64,000 nt of DNA from Bacillales bacterium UBA4855 (GTDB lineage Bacteria; Bacillota_I; Bacilli_A; RFN20; CAG-826), in the NCBI GenBank assembly GCA_002399785.1, contig DHEH01000015.1, forward strand, positions 21,128-85,127, in the 5' to 3' direction. A program made the position numbers and the translations under genes. Positions within the stretch are counted from its first letter, which is position 1, and each line of letters opens with the position of its first letter. Below, one piece after another: positions 1 through 9,049 of the stretch. The notes under the pieces were generated by a model. That model did no database searches, was not told the origin of the DNA, and worked only from the letters and a program-made list of their open reading frames with translations.

Positions 1-459
1 CAATGGCCACTTGCTAGCATGTCTAGTGGACAAAAAGCTTTAGGTTATATAATTCCTGTCGTATCATTGTCGTTTGGTTCGATTTGTGGATATTGCCGTT
101 TTACTCGTGCTGAGCTTTGTGAAGTTATGTCAAGCGATTATCTTTTACTTGCTAGAACTAAAGGTTTAACAAGAAGACAATCGATTGTTAGACATGCTTT
201 AAGAAACGCCATGGTTCCAATTGTTCCTTCAATTATTGCTGAATTTATTGGAATTTTAGGTGGTTCCATGATTCTTGAAAGTCTTTATGGAATTCCTGGA
301 ATCGGTGGATTATTTATTGAATGTATTAATAAAAAAGATTACAACGTTTTGATGGTTGATATGGCTGTTTTTACAATGATTAGTTTAGCAGCTGGTGTTT
401 TACTTGATATATCGTATGGATTTATTGATCCACGTATTAGAATGGGGGCAAAGAAATAA
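1..459 (+). CDS. oppB: Oligopeptide/dipeptide ABC transporter permease, C-terminal part (gene runs off the 5' edge of the window)
   Basis: The frame is open from nt 1. The tail LLLARTKGLTRRQSIVRHALRNAMVPIV...FIDPRIR matches the conserved OppB/DppB permease C-terminus. oppC starts 2 nt downstream. Confidence 0.85.
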   Translation, partial: QWPLASMSSGQKALGYIIPVVSLSFGSICGYCRFTRAELCEVMSSDYLLLARTKGLTRRQSIVRHALRNAMVPIVPSIIAEFIGILGGSMILESLYGIPGIGGLFIECINKKDYNVLMVDMAVFTMISLAAGVLLDISYGFIDPRIRMGAKK

Positions 460-461
460 TT

Positions 462-2624
462 ATGGATAAAGAAAAAAATACAACCTATTCATATAGAGAT
501 TCTGGTAATGTTCCTCATACTGTAGATTTATCTAAAGCTGATTTTGAACTTACTCAAGCTGACGCCTCTATTCATGATGTTAAATTTAAAACAAAACCTA
601 CTACTTTCTTTAAAGATGCATTGAAGAGATTTTCGAAAAATAAGAGTAGTGTTGCTGGCGCAATTATTTTAGGTATTTTGCTTGTTTTCTCTTTTGTTTT
701 GCCATTAGCAATCCAAAATGATACAACAACCAATCATCCAGAAGCACAATTCTTAGAGCCTAAATTATTTAATGCCGGAACTGGTTGGTGGGACGGAACA
801 AAACGCTATAATAACGTTGTTTGTTCAAATAATGAAGTTACAGCTGAAACAAATGCTGATTCAAATTATAAAAATACCGAAGGCTATAAATATCCAAGCG
901 GATACGGATTTAGATCTATTATGAACTTAACTGAACCAGTAAAAAGTTTGGTTAATTCACCTGATGAAAACGTAACCGGTGGACAACTTAAGATTGTTAA
1001 TTCAAACGAATATCATGCCGAAGAAGTGGATCAATCTGCATTTTATGGTGTCTATACTTCTGGCGCCATCAGTTTAGATTCCTCTTTTACATATAATATT
1101 TCAGCAACTTTTTCTCCTAGTGATGGCACTGAAAGTGTTGATGGAGAATTTGCCTTTGTTATTGTTCATGACAATGGCGAAGACATATTGACTGATTTCC
1201 AAACAATAAATGAAGAAAAAACCATTAGTTTTGACTTAGGAACTGTTGTTAGTGAAAAAGGCTATGATTTTACAAATTATGCTAATAATGCAAAAGTTGG
1301 TTTTTTACTTAAAAATAATACAACTCAAAATTCTTCCTTATTTATTAATAGTTTTGCTATTTCGAGTACTGATGCAACTGAGAATATCAAGAACATATTA
1401 AAGAATGTTTCTTTTAAAGATGGTAACGAAGTTTTATTAAGAAAAGCCACCATTCAACAATTAAATAGCGAAACCGGAAAATATGAAGATATAGCAAATC
1501 CTGGATTCTTTCAAAATTCAAAATGTTTTACAAGTTTATATAAAGGTGAAGCTTATACATGTTCATTTACTTTAGATTCTTATGAAAATGCTCTTGGTGT
1601 TAAAGATAATATTTCTGTTGGTTTAAGTGAATTTGCTGGCTATGCTGGCTATACTGTTAACGAATTAACAGGTGAAGTTGAATTAGATGAAAATAGTGAT
1701 GTTTATAAAAATAGAAGCTGTAATCTCGATTTAAGTGATTCGATGCTTCAAGAAGGTAAAGAAGCTAAATTGATGGCTTCTTTCCAAATAAAAAAAGATG
1801 ACGATTCAATCAAGAAAGATAATTGCCCTGTTATAAATATTGTTTCTGTATCAATTGATAATAACCCTGTTGTTGGTTCTAAAGTTGTTACTTTTAAATG
1901 TAAAGTTTATTACTATCGTTATAAAGGCTATGGCGACAACATGCCTACATTTATTTTAGGAACAGATAAATACGGTAAAGATATGCTTAAAATCACATTT
2001 AGTGGTCTTAGAACATCTCTTTTACTTGGTTTCTTAACATTTGCTGTATGCTTCACATTTGGTCTTATTCTAGGATCAATTGAAGGTTACTATGGTGGTC
2101 GGATCGATATTGTTCTTCAAAGATTGACTGAAATTTTAAGTGGAGTCCCATGGATTGTTGTTATGACTCTTGTCGTTTTATTCTTAGGAAGTAATTTCTG
2201 GAGTTTTGCTCTCGCTCTTTGCTTAACAGGTTGGATTGGTACTTCTAATTTAGCTAGAACTCAATTTTATCGTTTCAAAGGAAGAGAATATATTTTAGCT
2301 AGTAGAACTCTTGGAGCTCGTGATGGTAGATTAATTTTTAAACACATTTTACCTAACGCAATGGGAACAATTATTACTTCAAGTGTCTTAATGATTCCTA
2401 GCGTTATCTTTAGTGAAGCTACAATTTCATATTTAGGTTTAGGTCTTAAAAATACCGATTCATTGGGTGTTATCTTAAGTGATAATCAACCTAATTTATC
2501 GACACATCCATATACTTTGATTTTACCAGCGGTTATTATTGCATTAATTATGATAAGTTTTAACTTATTTGGAAATGGTTTGCGTGATGCATTTAACCCA
2601 TCTTTAAAAGGGAGTGATGAATAA
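462..2624 (+). CDS. oppC: Oligopeptide ABC transporter permease OppC with a roughly 400-aa extracytoplasmic insertion
   Basis: A TM helix (AGAIILGILLVFSFVLPLAI) is followed by a long Asn/Ser/Thr-rich segment. The conserved OppC core follows: ILGTDKYGKDML, LRTSLLLGF, and the EAA-type loop ASRTLGARDGRLIFKHILPNAMG. The gene lies between oppB and oppD. Confidence 0.85.
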   Translation: MDKEKNTTYSYRDSGNVPHTVDLSKADFELTQADASIHDVKFKTKPTTFFKDALKRFSKNKSSVAGAIILGILLVFSFVLPLAIQNDTTTNHPEAQFLEPKLFNAGTGWWDGTKRYNNVVCSNNEVTAETNADSNYKNTEGYKYPSGYGFRSIMNLTEPVKSLVNSPDENVTGGQLKIVNSNEYHAEEVDQSAFYGVYTSGAISLDSSFTYNISATFSPSDGTESVDGEFAFVIVHDNGEDILTDFQTINEEKTISFDLGTVVSEKGYDFTNYANNAKVGFLLKNNTTQNSSLFINSFAISSTDATENIKNILKNVSFKDGNEVLLRKATIQQLNSETGKYEDIANPGFFQNSKCFTSLYKGEAYTCSFTLDSYENALGVKDNISVGLSEFAGYAGYTVNELTGEVELDENSDVYKNRSCNLDLSDSMLQEGKEAKLMASFQIKKDDDSIKKDNCPVINIVSVSIDNNPVVGSKVVTFKCKVYYYRYKGYGDNMPTFILGTDKYGKDMLKITFSGLRTSLLLGFLTFAVCFTFGLILGSIEGYYGGRIDIVLQRLTEILSGVPWIVVMTLVVLFLGSNFWSFALALCLTGWIGTSNLARTQFYRFKGREYILASRTLGARDGRLIFKHILPNAMGTIITSSVLMIPSVIFSEATISYLGLGLKNTDSLGVILSDNQPNLSTHPYTLILPAVIIALIMISFNLFGNGLRDAFNPSLKGSDE

Positions 2625-2626
2625 TT

Positions 2627-4645
2627 ATGAGTGAAACAATTAATAAAAAATTAGTAAGTTCAATCGATTACTCAAATACTCTAAAAGTTTTACAAGTAAA
2701 AGATTTACGTGTTGATTTTAAGTCTGATTCTGGAATGGTTCATGCTGTTCGCGGAGTTTCTTTTGATTTATATAAAGGTGAGACTTTATGCATCGTTGGT
2801 GAATCTGGTAGCGGAAAATCTGTAACAAGTAAAACTGTTATGGGTATTTTACCTGGAAACGCTGTTATTAGTAGCGGTCAAATTTTATATAATGGTGAAG
2901 ATTTAATAAGAGTTTCTGAAGAGGAATTTCATAGAATTAGAGGACATAAAATTGGAATGATTTTCCAAGATCCTTTATCTTCTTTAAATCCAATTATGAA
3001 GGTCGGTAAACAAATTATTGAAGCTACGATGATTAATAAAAATGTTCTTAAGAGCAGATTTAATGAATTAATTGCTCCTGAATTAGTTGTTCTTCGTAAC
3101 GAAAAAGCAAATTTACAATTCGAAGGCAACAAGACTAAAAATGCTGTTGAAATTTTAAGTGATTTCAAGAAGGAATTTTTATCTCTTTCTAAAAAAGAGG
3201 TCACTTTGGCCGGTAAAAATGAAAAAAATAAGATAGAAGAAAATAACGAAGAACTTAAAAAATGTCGTGGAAAAATTAAGACATACTTTGTAAATTATTC
3301 AGCAGGAATTGAATTTGAAATTGACTCATTGAAATCTCAAATCGAATCAATTTCAAAAGCTAAAAATAACGAAAATATTAAAGTAAATACTAACATTAAA
3401 GATATTCGTATAAAGAATATTAATAACCATATTTTGGATCTTCAAAATTTAGAAAAAATCCAATATGATGAAAACAATATTGTCCAATTCATTGAGAAAA
3501 GAATTACTGATCTTAAAGCTTTATATAAGAACGCAAAACTTTGCTATTCTCATTTAAAACCATTGCTTACGCGTGCATTGAAACAATCCAAGAAGTTCGC
3601 AACAATTGATACTAAAAATTATGCAGAATCTCTTAAAAAAGTAAGAGACGAAAAACTTGTTGTTTTAAACAAAAAAATGGCTGTTGTTAGAGCCAAATTA
3701 AATGAGTTAGTGCCTACATTGAATCAAGACGAACTTAAAAATTATTCCATCTTAATGGAAAAAGAAGAAGAACGCGAAAATAGTTTTTCTTATAGACTTA
3801 AACATATTTTTAAGAAAGAAAGTAAAGAAGAAGTTACAACTGGCTTAGCTAGAGCATCTATTAAAAAAGATATTATTACTAAAACAGGTAATGTTGAATT
3901 TGATAAAATTTTCAAAGAATATGTTGGATTGGCTAAGGATATTGAAAATGTTAATGATGATTACATTAACAAAACCAAGATAACAAAAGCCGAAGCAAAA
4001 CGTATTGCTCTTGAAGTTATGACTGAAGTTGGTATACCACTTCCTAAACAAAGATTTAAACAATACCCATTCGAATTTAGTGGTGGTATGAGACAAAGAA
4101 TTGTTATTGCAATCGCTTTAACTGCTAACCCAGATATTTTAATTTGTGATGAGCCAACAACTGCTCTTGATGTTACAATTCAAGCTCAAATTCTTGAATT
4201 AATTAACAAATTAAAAAGGGAAAGAGGTTTAAGTTGTATTTTTATTACACATGATTTGGGCGTTGTTGCAAATATGGCTGATAGAGTCGCTGTTATGTAT
4301 GCAGGAAAGATAGTTGAATATGGTACAAGTTTAGAAATTTTCTTTGAACCAAAACATCCATATACATGGGCATTATTGTCATCTATTCCTGATATCGATA
4401 GTAAAGAAAGACTTGAATCAATTGCTGGAACTCCTCCAGATATGAGATTTCCACCAGATGGAGATGCTTTTGCTTTAAGAAGTAAATATGCTCTAGCTGT
4501 TGATTTTAAATTTGAACCTCCATATTTTAAAATTAGTGACACTCACTACGCTGCCACTTGGCTTTTATATCCAGGCGCACCAAAAGTTGAGATGCCAAGA
4601 ATTGTTAAAACTCGTATCGAAAACGCTTTAAAAGGAGTTAAATAG
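2627..4645 (+). CDS. oppD: Oligopeptide ABC transporter ATP-binding protein OppD with a roughly 310-aa Lys/Glu/Asn-rich insertion
   Basis: Motifs seen: Walker A GESGSGKS, Q-loop IFQDPLSSLNP, signature FSGGMRQR, Walker B ILICDEPTTALD, H-loop FITHDL, and the Opp C-terminal domain HPYTWALLSSIP. The helical subdomain is expanded to about 370 aa. Confidence 0.9.
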   Translation: MSETINKKLVSSIDYSNTLKVLQVKDLRVDFKSDSGMVHAVRGVSFDLYKGETLCIVGESGSGKSVTSKTVMGILPGNAVISSGQILYNGEDLIRVSEEEFHRIRGHKIGMIFQDPLSSLNPIMKVGKQIIEATMINKNVLKSRFNELIAPELVVLRNEKANLQFEGNKTKNAVEILSDFKKEFLSLSKKEVTLAGKNEKNKIEENNEELKKCRGKIKTYFVNYSAGIEFEIDSLKSQIESISKAKNNENIKVNTNIKDIRIKNINNHILDLQNLEKIQYDENNIVQFIEKRITDLKALYKNAKLCYSHLKPLLTRALKQSKKFATIDTKNYAESLKKVRDEKLVVLNKKMAVVRAKLNELVPTLNQDELKNYSILMEKEEERENSFSYRLKHIFKKESKEEVTTGLARASIKKDIITKTGNVEFDKIFKEYVGLAKDIENVNDDYINKTKITKAEAKRIALEVMTEVGIPLPKQRFKQYPFEFSGGMRQRIVIAIALTANPDILICDEPTTALDVTIQAQILELINKLKRERGLSCIFITHDLGVVANMADRVAVMYAGKIVEYGTSLEIFFEPKHPYTWALLSSIPDIDSKERLESIAGTPPDMRFPPDGDAFALRSKYALAVDFKFEPPYFKISDTHYAATWLLYPGAPKVEMPRIVKTRIENALKGVK

Positions 4646-4647
4646 TT

Positions 4648-6108
4648 ATGAATAAAAAGAAAAATAATGATATTAATAACAACAAACCTTTTGAAACAGT
4701 TTTTGTTACTGACTCAAACGGAAAAACTAAACCAGTTGAAGTTGTTGAAGAAAAGAAAGTTAGTGATAAAGAAATCGCTATTAATAGCGCACCAACTCTT
4801 GATGAAATTAAAGGTTCTTTAAACAAAGAATTAGCTTTAGAAAATATAAAATCTAAATGCAAATTTAAACAAGATTTAGTCGATAATAACGTTATTTTAA
4901 GCGTTAACCATTTAAAACAATATTTTGTTTTCGGTAAAGGCCCTAGCAAAATAAAGATTAAGGCTGTTCATGACGTTAATTTTAAAATTAAAAGTGGTGA
5001 ATGTTTTGGTCTTGTTGGTGAATCTGGATGTGGTAAAACCACAACAGGTCGTTCAATCATTAGATTATATGATATTACAAGCGGCTCGATTTATTATAAA
5101 GGATATAGAATCGGTGCTGGCGCTCGCTGGAACGAAAAAGAAATTAAATATACTAATATTAGATACCACGCCGCCTTAAAGGCTTTAGAGGCTGACAAAA
5201 AAACTATTTTATCAATGTTTAATGCTCATACTGATATTGATAAAATTCACGAAAAGTTTTCTGGTTACCCATTATTTAATAATGTAGAAGAAGCTAATAA
5301 TTTCTTCGCAAAGAAAAAAGCTGAAAACAAAGAATATCGTGACAATGTTATTAAAGTTCAAAAAGCTAAAATATCTCAAATTAGATATGATGAAACTCAT
5401 GTCGATAAGAAGTTAATGAGTGAAATTCAAATGATCTTCCAAGATCCTATTGATTCGCTTGATCCACGTATGACTGTTGAAGATATTATCAAAGAAGGTT
5501 TGACAATTACTCACACTGCCGGAAGCAAAGAAGAAGCTCATAATAAAGTTTGTGAAGCTCTTGAAAAAGTTGGTCTAATTGCAGATTATGCTAATAGATA
5601 TCCTCATGAATTTAGTGGTGGTCAACGTCAAAGAATTGGTATTGCTAGAGCTTTAGTTATGAATCCAAGATTCTTAATATGCGATGAACCTATCAGCGCT
5701 CTTGATGTTTCGATAAGAGCTCAAATTATTAATCTTTTAAATCAATTAAAAGAGGAAATGAATTTGACTATTATGTTTATTGCACACGATTTAAGTGTTG
5801 TTAAATATTTTTGTGATCGTATAGCTGTTATGTATTTTGGTGAATTAGTTGAAGTTGCAACTAGTGATGAATTATTTAAACATCCTCTTCATCCATATAC
5901 AAAATCATTACTTAGTGCTATTCCTAAACCAAATCCTTTAACCGAAAAAGATAGAGTTAGAATAGTTTATGATCCACGTAAAGAACACGATTATTCTGTT
6001 GAAAGACCAAGAATGGTTGAAATAGTTCCAGGACATTTTATTCTTGCAAACACTCCTGAAATTGAAAAGTATAAGAAAGAAATTGCTCTTCTAGACAGCA
6101 AAAAATAA
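4648..6108 (+). CDS. oppF: Oligopeptide ABC transporter ATP-binding protein OppF with an N-terminal extension and an internal insertion
   Basis: Motifs seen: Walker A GESGCGKTT, Q-loop IFQDPIDSLDP, signature FSGGQRQR, Walker B FLICDEPISALD, H-loop IAHDL, and HPYTKSLLSAIP. Confidence 0.9.
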   Translation: MNKKKNNDINNNKPFETVFVTDSNGKTKPVEVVEEKKVSDKEIAINSAPTLDEIKGSLNKELALENIKSKCKFKQDLVDNNVILSVNHLKQYFVFGKGPSKIKIKAVHDVNFKIKSGECFGLVGESGCGKTTTGRSIIRLYDITSGSIYYKGYRIGAGARWNEKEIKYTNIRYHAALKALEADKKTILSMFNAHTDIDKIHEKFSGYPLFNNVEEANNFFAKKKAENKEYRDNVIKVQKAKISQIRYDETHVDKKLMSEIQMIFQDPIDSLDPRMTVEDIIKEGLTITHTAGSKEEAHNKVCEALEKVGLIADYANRYPHEFSGGQRQRIGIARALVMNPRFLICDEPISALDVSIRAQIINLLNQLKEEMNLTIMFIAHDLSVVKYFCDRIAVMYFGELVEVATSDELFKHPLHPYTKSLLSAIPKPNPLTEKDRVRIVYDPRKEHDYSVERPRMVEIVPGHFILANTPEIEKYKKEIALLDSKK

Positions 6109-6111
6109 TTT

Positions 6112-7110
6112 ATGATTAGATATTTCAGGGCAAATCCCAATTACATCGGATGGAAGGCGTTTGGTGTTATTTTGGTTAGTCTTGGTTTGATAATAGCTAC
6201 TGGTTATGTAGAATTATTGACTTTTTCCGATCGTAATTTATATGTTAAAAAAACTACGATAAACGATAGTTTTGGTAGTTTAACAAATTTTGCTGGTGAT
6301 GATGAAGAATTAAATTTATTACTTCTTAGTGATTTTCATAATCATTCATTAGATTATAAAAATACAAATATTGTTGGTGAAATCAATAAAATTAAAGATG
6401 AAAAGAAAGTTGATTTAATTGCTATTACTGGCGATTTTATTGATGATGGAACTAGAGATGATGATATTGCCGATATCGATAAAGTGTTTGAAGCATTGAG
6501 TAGTTTTTCTGTTCCAACCTTTTTTACTACTGGAAATCATGAACGGAATGCTTTTGGTGGTATGGTTGAAAAAGAATTGGCTTTAGTTAAAAAATACAAT
6601 TTTACTTATTTAGATTATTTAGGCGGAAACGTACCGACTGATAAATATAATAATCCGGATTATTATGCAACTATCGATGAAAAAGCGTATCCTGGAAATT
6701 ATTATGTTTATGGAAATACTTTGATAATAGGAGCTAAAGATCCATATCTAGGAAATGATGGTTCTTCTTTATATAGTGAAGCAAAATACGAAATGTATGA
6801 TAGATTATCTGGAGCTTATGAGGCTGCTCAAAAAGATAAGAATTTCAGTAATGTAAAATATAAAATATTAATTACTCATAAACCAAATTATTATGATTAT
6901 TCTTACTTAAAATACGATTTTGATTTAATTCTATGTGGACATACGCACGGTGGACAAGTGAATGTTTTCAATTTTCGTAGTGGAATGTTTGCTCATGGTT
7001 ATTACGAAGATAAGAAAATGTATGTAACTCAAGGACTTGGCGTAAATAATACTTATCCTTTTAGGATAGGTACTCAAAATGAATTATCCTATTTAACGAT
7101 TAAATCTTAA
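6112..7110 (+). CDS. Membrane-anchored calcineurin-like metallophosphoesterase
   Basis: An N-terminal TM helix is followed by the phosphoesterase motifs LLSDFH, GDFIDD, GNHE and CGHTHGGQ. Confidence 0.75.
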   Translation: MIRYFRANPNYIGWKAFGVILVSLGLIIATGYVELLTFSDRNLYVKKTTINDSFGSLTNFAGDDEELNLLLLSDFHNHSLDYKNTNIVGEINKIKDEKKVDLIAITGDFIDDGTRDDDIADIDKVFEALSSFSVPTFFTTGNHERNAFGGMVEKELALVKKYNFTYLDYLGGNVPTDKYNNPDYYATIDEKAYPGNYYVYGNTLIIGAKDPYLGNDGSSLYSEAKYEMYDRLSGAYEAAQKDKNFSNVKYKILITHKPNYYDYSYLKYDFDLILCGHTHGGQVNVFNFRSGMFAHGYYEDKKMYVTQGLGVNNTYPFRIGTQNELSYLTIKS

Positions 7111-9046
7111 CGCCTTTATCTTCAATTTGACTTTGGAAAATATCAATCTGGCTATCTAAATTCAATTCTTTGAATTGATTCATATAGAGTTCGTAGTAGT
7201 AGCCTTTTTTATTCATTAATTCAATGTGAGTTCCGTCTTCAATAACTAATCCGTCTTTCATAACTAAAATTCTATCTGAATCGACAATCGTTGATAATCT
7301 ATGAGCAATAATGATTGACGTTCTTCCTATAAGTGCTTTATTAATGGCTGTTTGAACAGTTGCTTCAGTTTCTGTATCAATAGAACTGGTAGCTTCATCA
7401 AGAATCAATAATTTTGGATCTCTTACTATTGCGCGAGCAAATGCGATCAATTGCTTTTGTCCTTGACTCAATTCATTTCCGCCATCCTCTAAATAAGTGT
7501 CATAACCATTTTTTAAAGTACGAATAAAATTATCAATATCAACAATTTTACAAGCATTAATAATTTCTTCATCAGTAGCATCAAGTTTTCCATAACGAAC
7601 ATTATCTTTTATTGTACCTTTGAAAATAAAAGGAGTTTGTTGAACGTAACCAATATTGTTTCTAAGCCATCCAACGGATCTTTCCTTGTAATTCACACCA
7701 TCAATAACAATTCTGCCTTTTGTTGGTTCGTAGAATCGGCATAATAAATTTACTGTTGTAGATTTTCCGCTTCCAGTTTCTCCGACAATAGCGCAACTTG
7801 TTCCAGCTTTTATATTTATGTTCATATCATGAAGAATTTCAACATTATCAACATAAGAGAATGAAACATGCTCAAAACTAATGTTGCCAATCATTGCAGG
7901 GAAGTTTTCTTTTTTATTATGGAATAAATCACCATAATGTTCAATAACGTTGTCAGAATCGACTAATTGAGGCTTCGTTTCGATTAAACCAACTATCTTT
8001 TCAGCGCTTGCTTGTGATTCCATAATATCGCTAATAATTTCAGCGAATTCTTGAATGGGATTAAATATTTGGCCAACAAATGTAATAAATAAAACAATCA
8101 TCGCTGAACTTGTTAAATCCCCTGAACTAATTTGAATGGTATTTGTTAAAAATAAAATAATTAAAATGGCGGTTGTTAAACTACTTAAAAAATTGATGCA
8201 TGGTTGAAATAAAGAACCGACAATCATTGATTTCTTTCTTTTCTTTTGTATATCTTTAGTAGTGCTTTCACATTCATTATAAATTGTGTCTTCAATTGAT
8301 AAAGTTTTAATTGTTTTTGTTCCACTGATACATTCAGCAAGCCATCCAACAAAATATGAATAAGAGTTTCTTGCAATACGATGATATTTTAATATTAATT
8401 TATTAAAGAAAAAGACAATTAAAGCGATAATAGGAGTGGAAGCTAAAATTAATAATGAATATTGCCAACTATAAGAAAACATGGTGACAAGAGTAAATAC
8501 CAAATCAAAAACAATCCAAAATACACGCATTATGCTATAAGAAACAACTTCACCGATTGTCTGTGCATCGTTTTGAAGTCGTGCAATAAGCCAACCGCTC
8601 GAAGTTTTATCGAAATAAGAGAATGACAATTCTTGAATTTTCTTAAAAGCATCTGTTCTTAAATTTGTCATAATTACCATCTCAAAAATATTCATAGTAA
8701 AAAAGGTAATAAAAATAGACAAAGATCTTATTAAGATAAAAATTACATAAATGATTATTGTCCATAGAAGCGTAGTTTGTACATCGACGTAAAGAATCTT
8801 AAAAGAAATGACCATATCGAAAGGATTGCCGCTGCTTGGCATTATAAAATTAAGTGGATCGAGGGAATTTGTAAAACCAAAATTTACACTTGGAATAAAA
8901 CTTGTATCATAAAAAGATGTAAACATCATAGTTACAACTAAGATAACTATTAAGTACCAGTACTTAAAAATATATTTGAAAAGTTTTTTCCAAACACTAA
9001 AATCTATTTTTTTACTGATAACTATTTCTTCTCTATATGCTGGCAT
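7100..9046 (-). CDS. ABC exporter, fused TMD-NBD half transporter (multidrug/lipid exporter type), consensus-site partner
   Basis: An N-terminal six-helix-type membrane domain is followed by Walker A GETGSGKST, signature LSQGQKQ, Walker B LLILDEATSSID and H-loop IIAHRLST. It is 3 nt downstream of its paralogue on the same strand. Confidence 0.85.
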   Translation of the reverse strand: MPAYREEIVISKKIDFSVWKKLFKYIFKYWYLIVILVVTMMFTSFYDTSFIPSVNFGFTNSLDPLNFIMPSSGNPFDMVISFKILYVDVQTTLLWTIIIYVIFILIRSLSIFITFFTMNIFEMVIMTNLRTDAFKKIQELSFSYFDKTSSGWLIARLQNDAQTIGEVVSYSIMRVFWIVFDLVFTLVTMFSYSWQYSLLILASTPIIALIVFFFNKLILKYHRIARNSYSYFVGWLAECISGTKTIKTLSIEDTIYNECESTTKDIQKKRKKSMIVGSLFQPCINFLSSLTTAILIILFLTNTIQISSGDLTSSAMIVLFITFVGQIFNPIQEFAEIISDIMESQASAEKIVGLIETKPQLVDSDNVIEHYGDLFHNKKENFPAMIGNISFEHVSFSYVDNVEILHDMNINIKAGTSCAIVGETGSGKSTTVNLLCRFYEPTKGRIVIDGVNYKERSVGWLRNNIGYVQQTPFIFKGTIKDNVRYGKLDATDEEIINACKIVDIDNFIRTLKNGYDTYLEDGGNELSQGQKQLIAFARAIVRDPKLLILDEATSSIDTETEATVQTAINKALIGRTSIIIAHRLSTIVDSDRILVMKDGLVIEDGTHIELMNKKGYYYELYMNQFKELNLDSQIDIFQSQIEDKGVKI

Positions 9047-9049
9047 AGT

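Noticed and set aside
2929-4949. Minus-strand ORFs 2929..3204, 3845..4096, 4186..4542 and 4638..4949
   Set aside because: They are antisense to oppD/oppF, whose ABC motifs are unambiguous. Their translations are low-complexity and no RBS is present.
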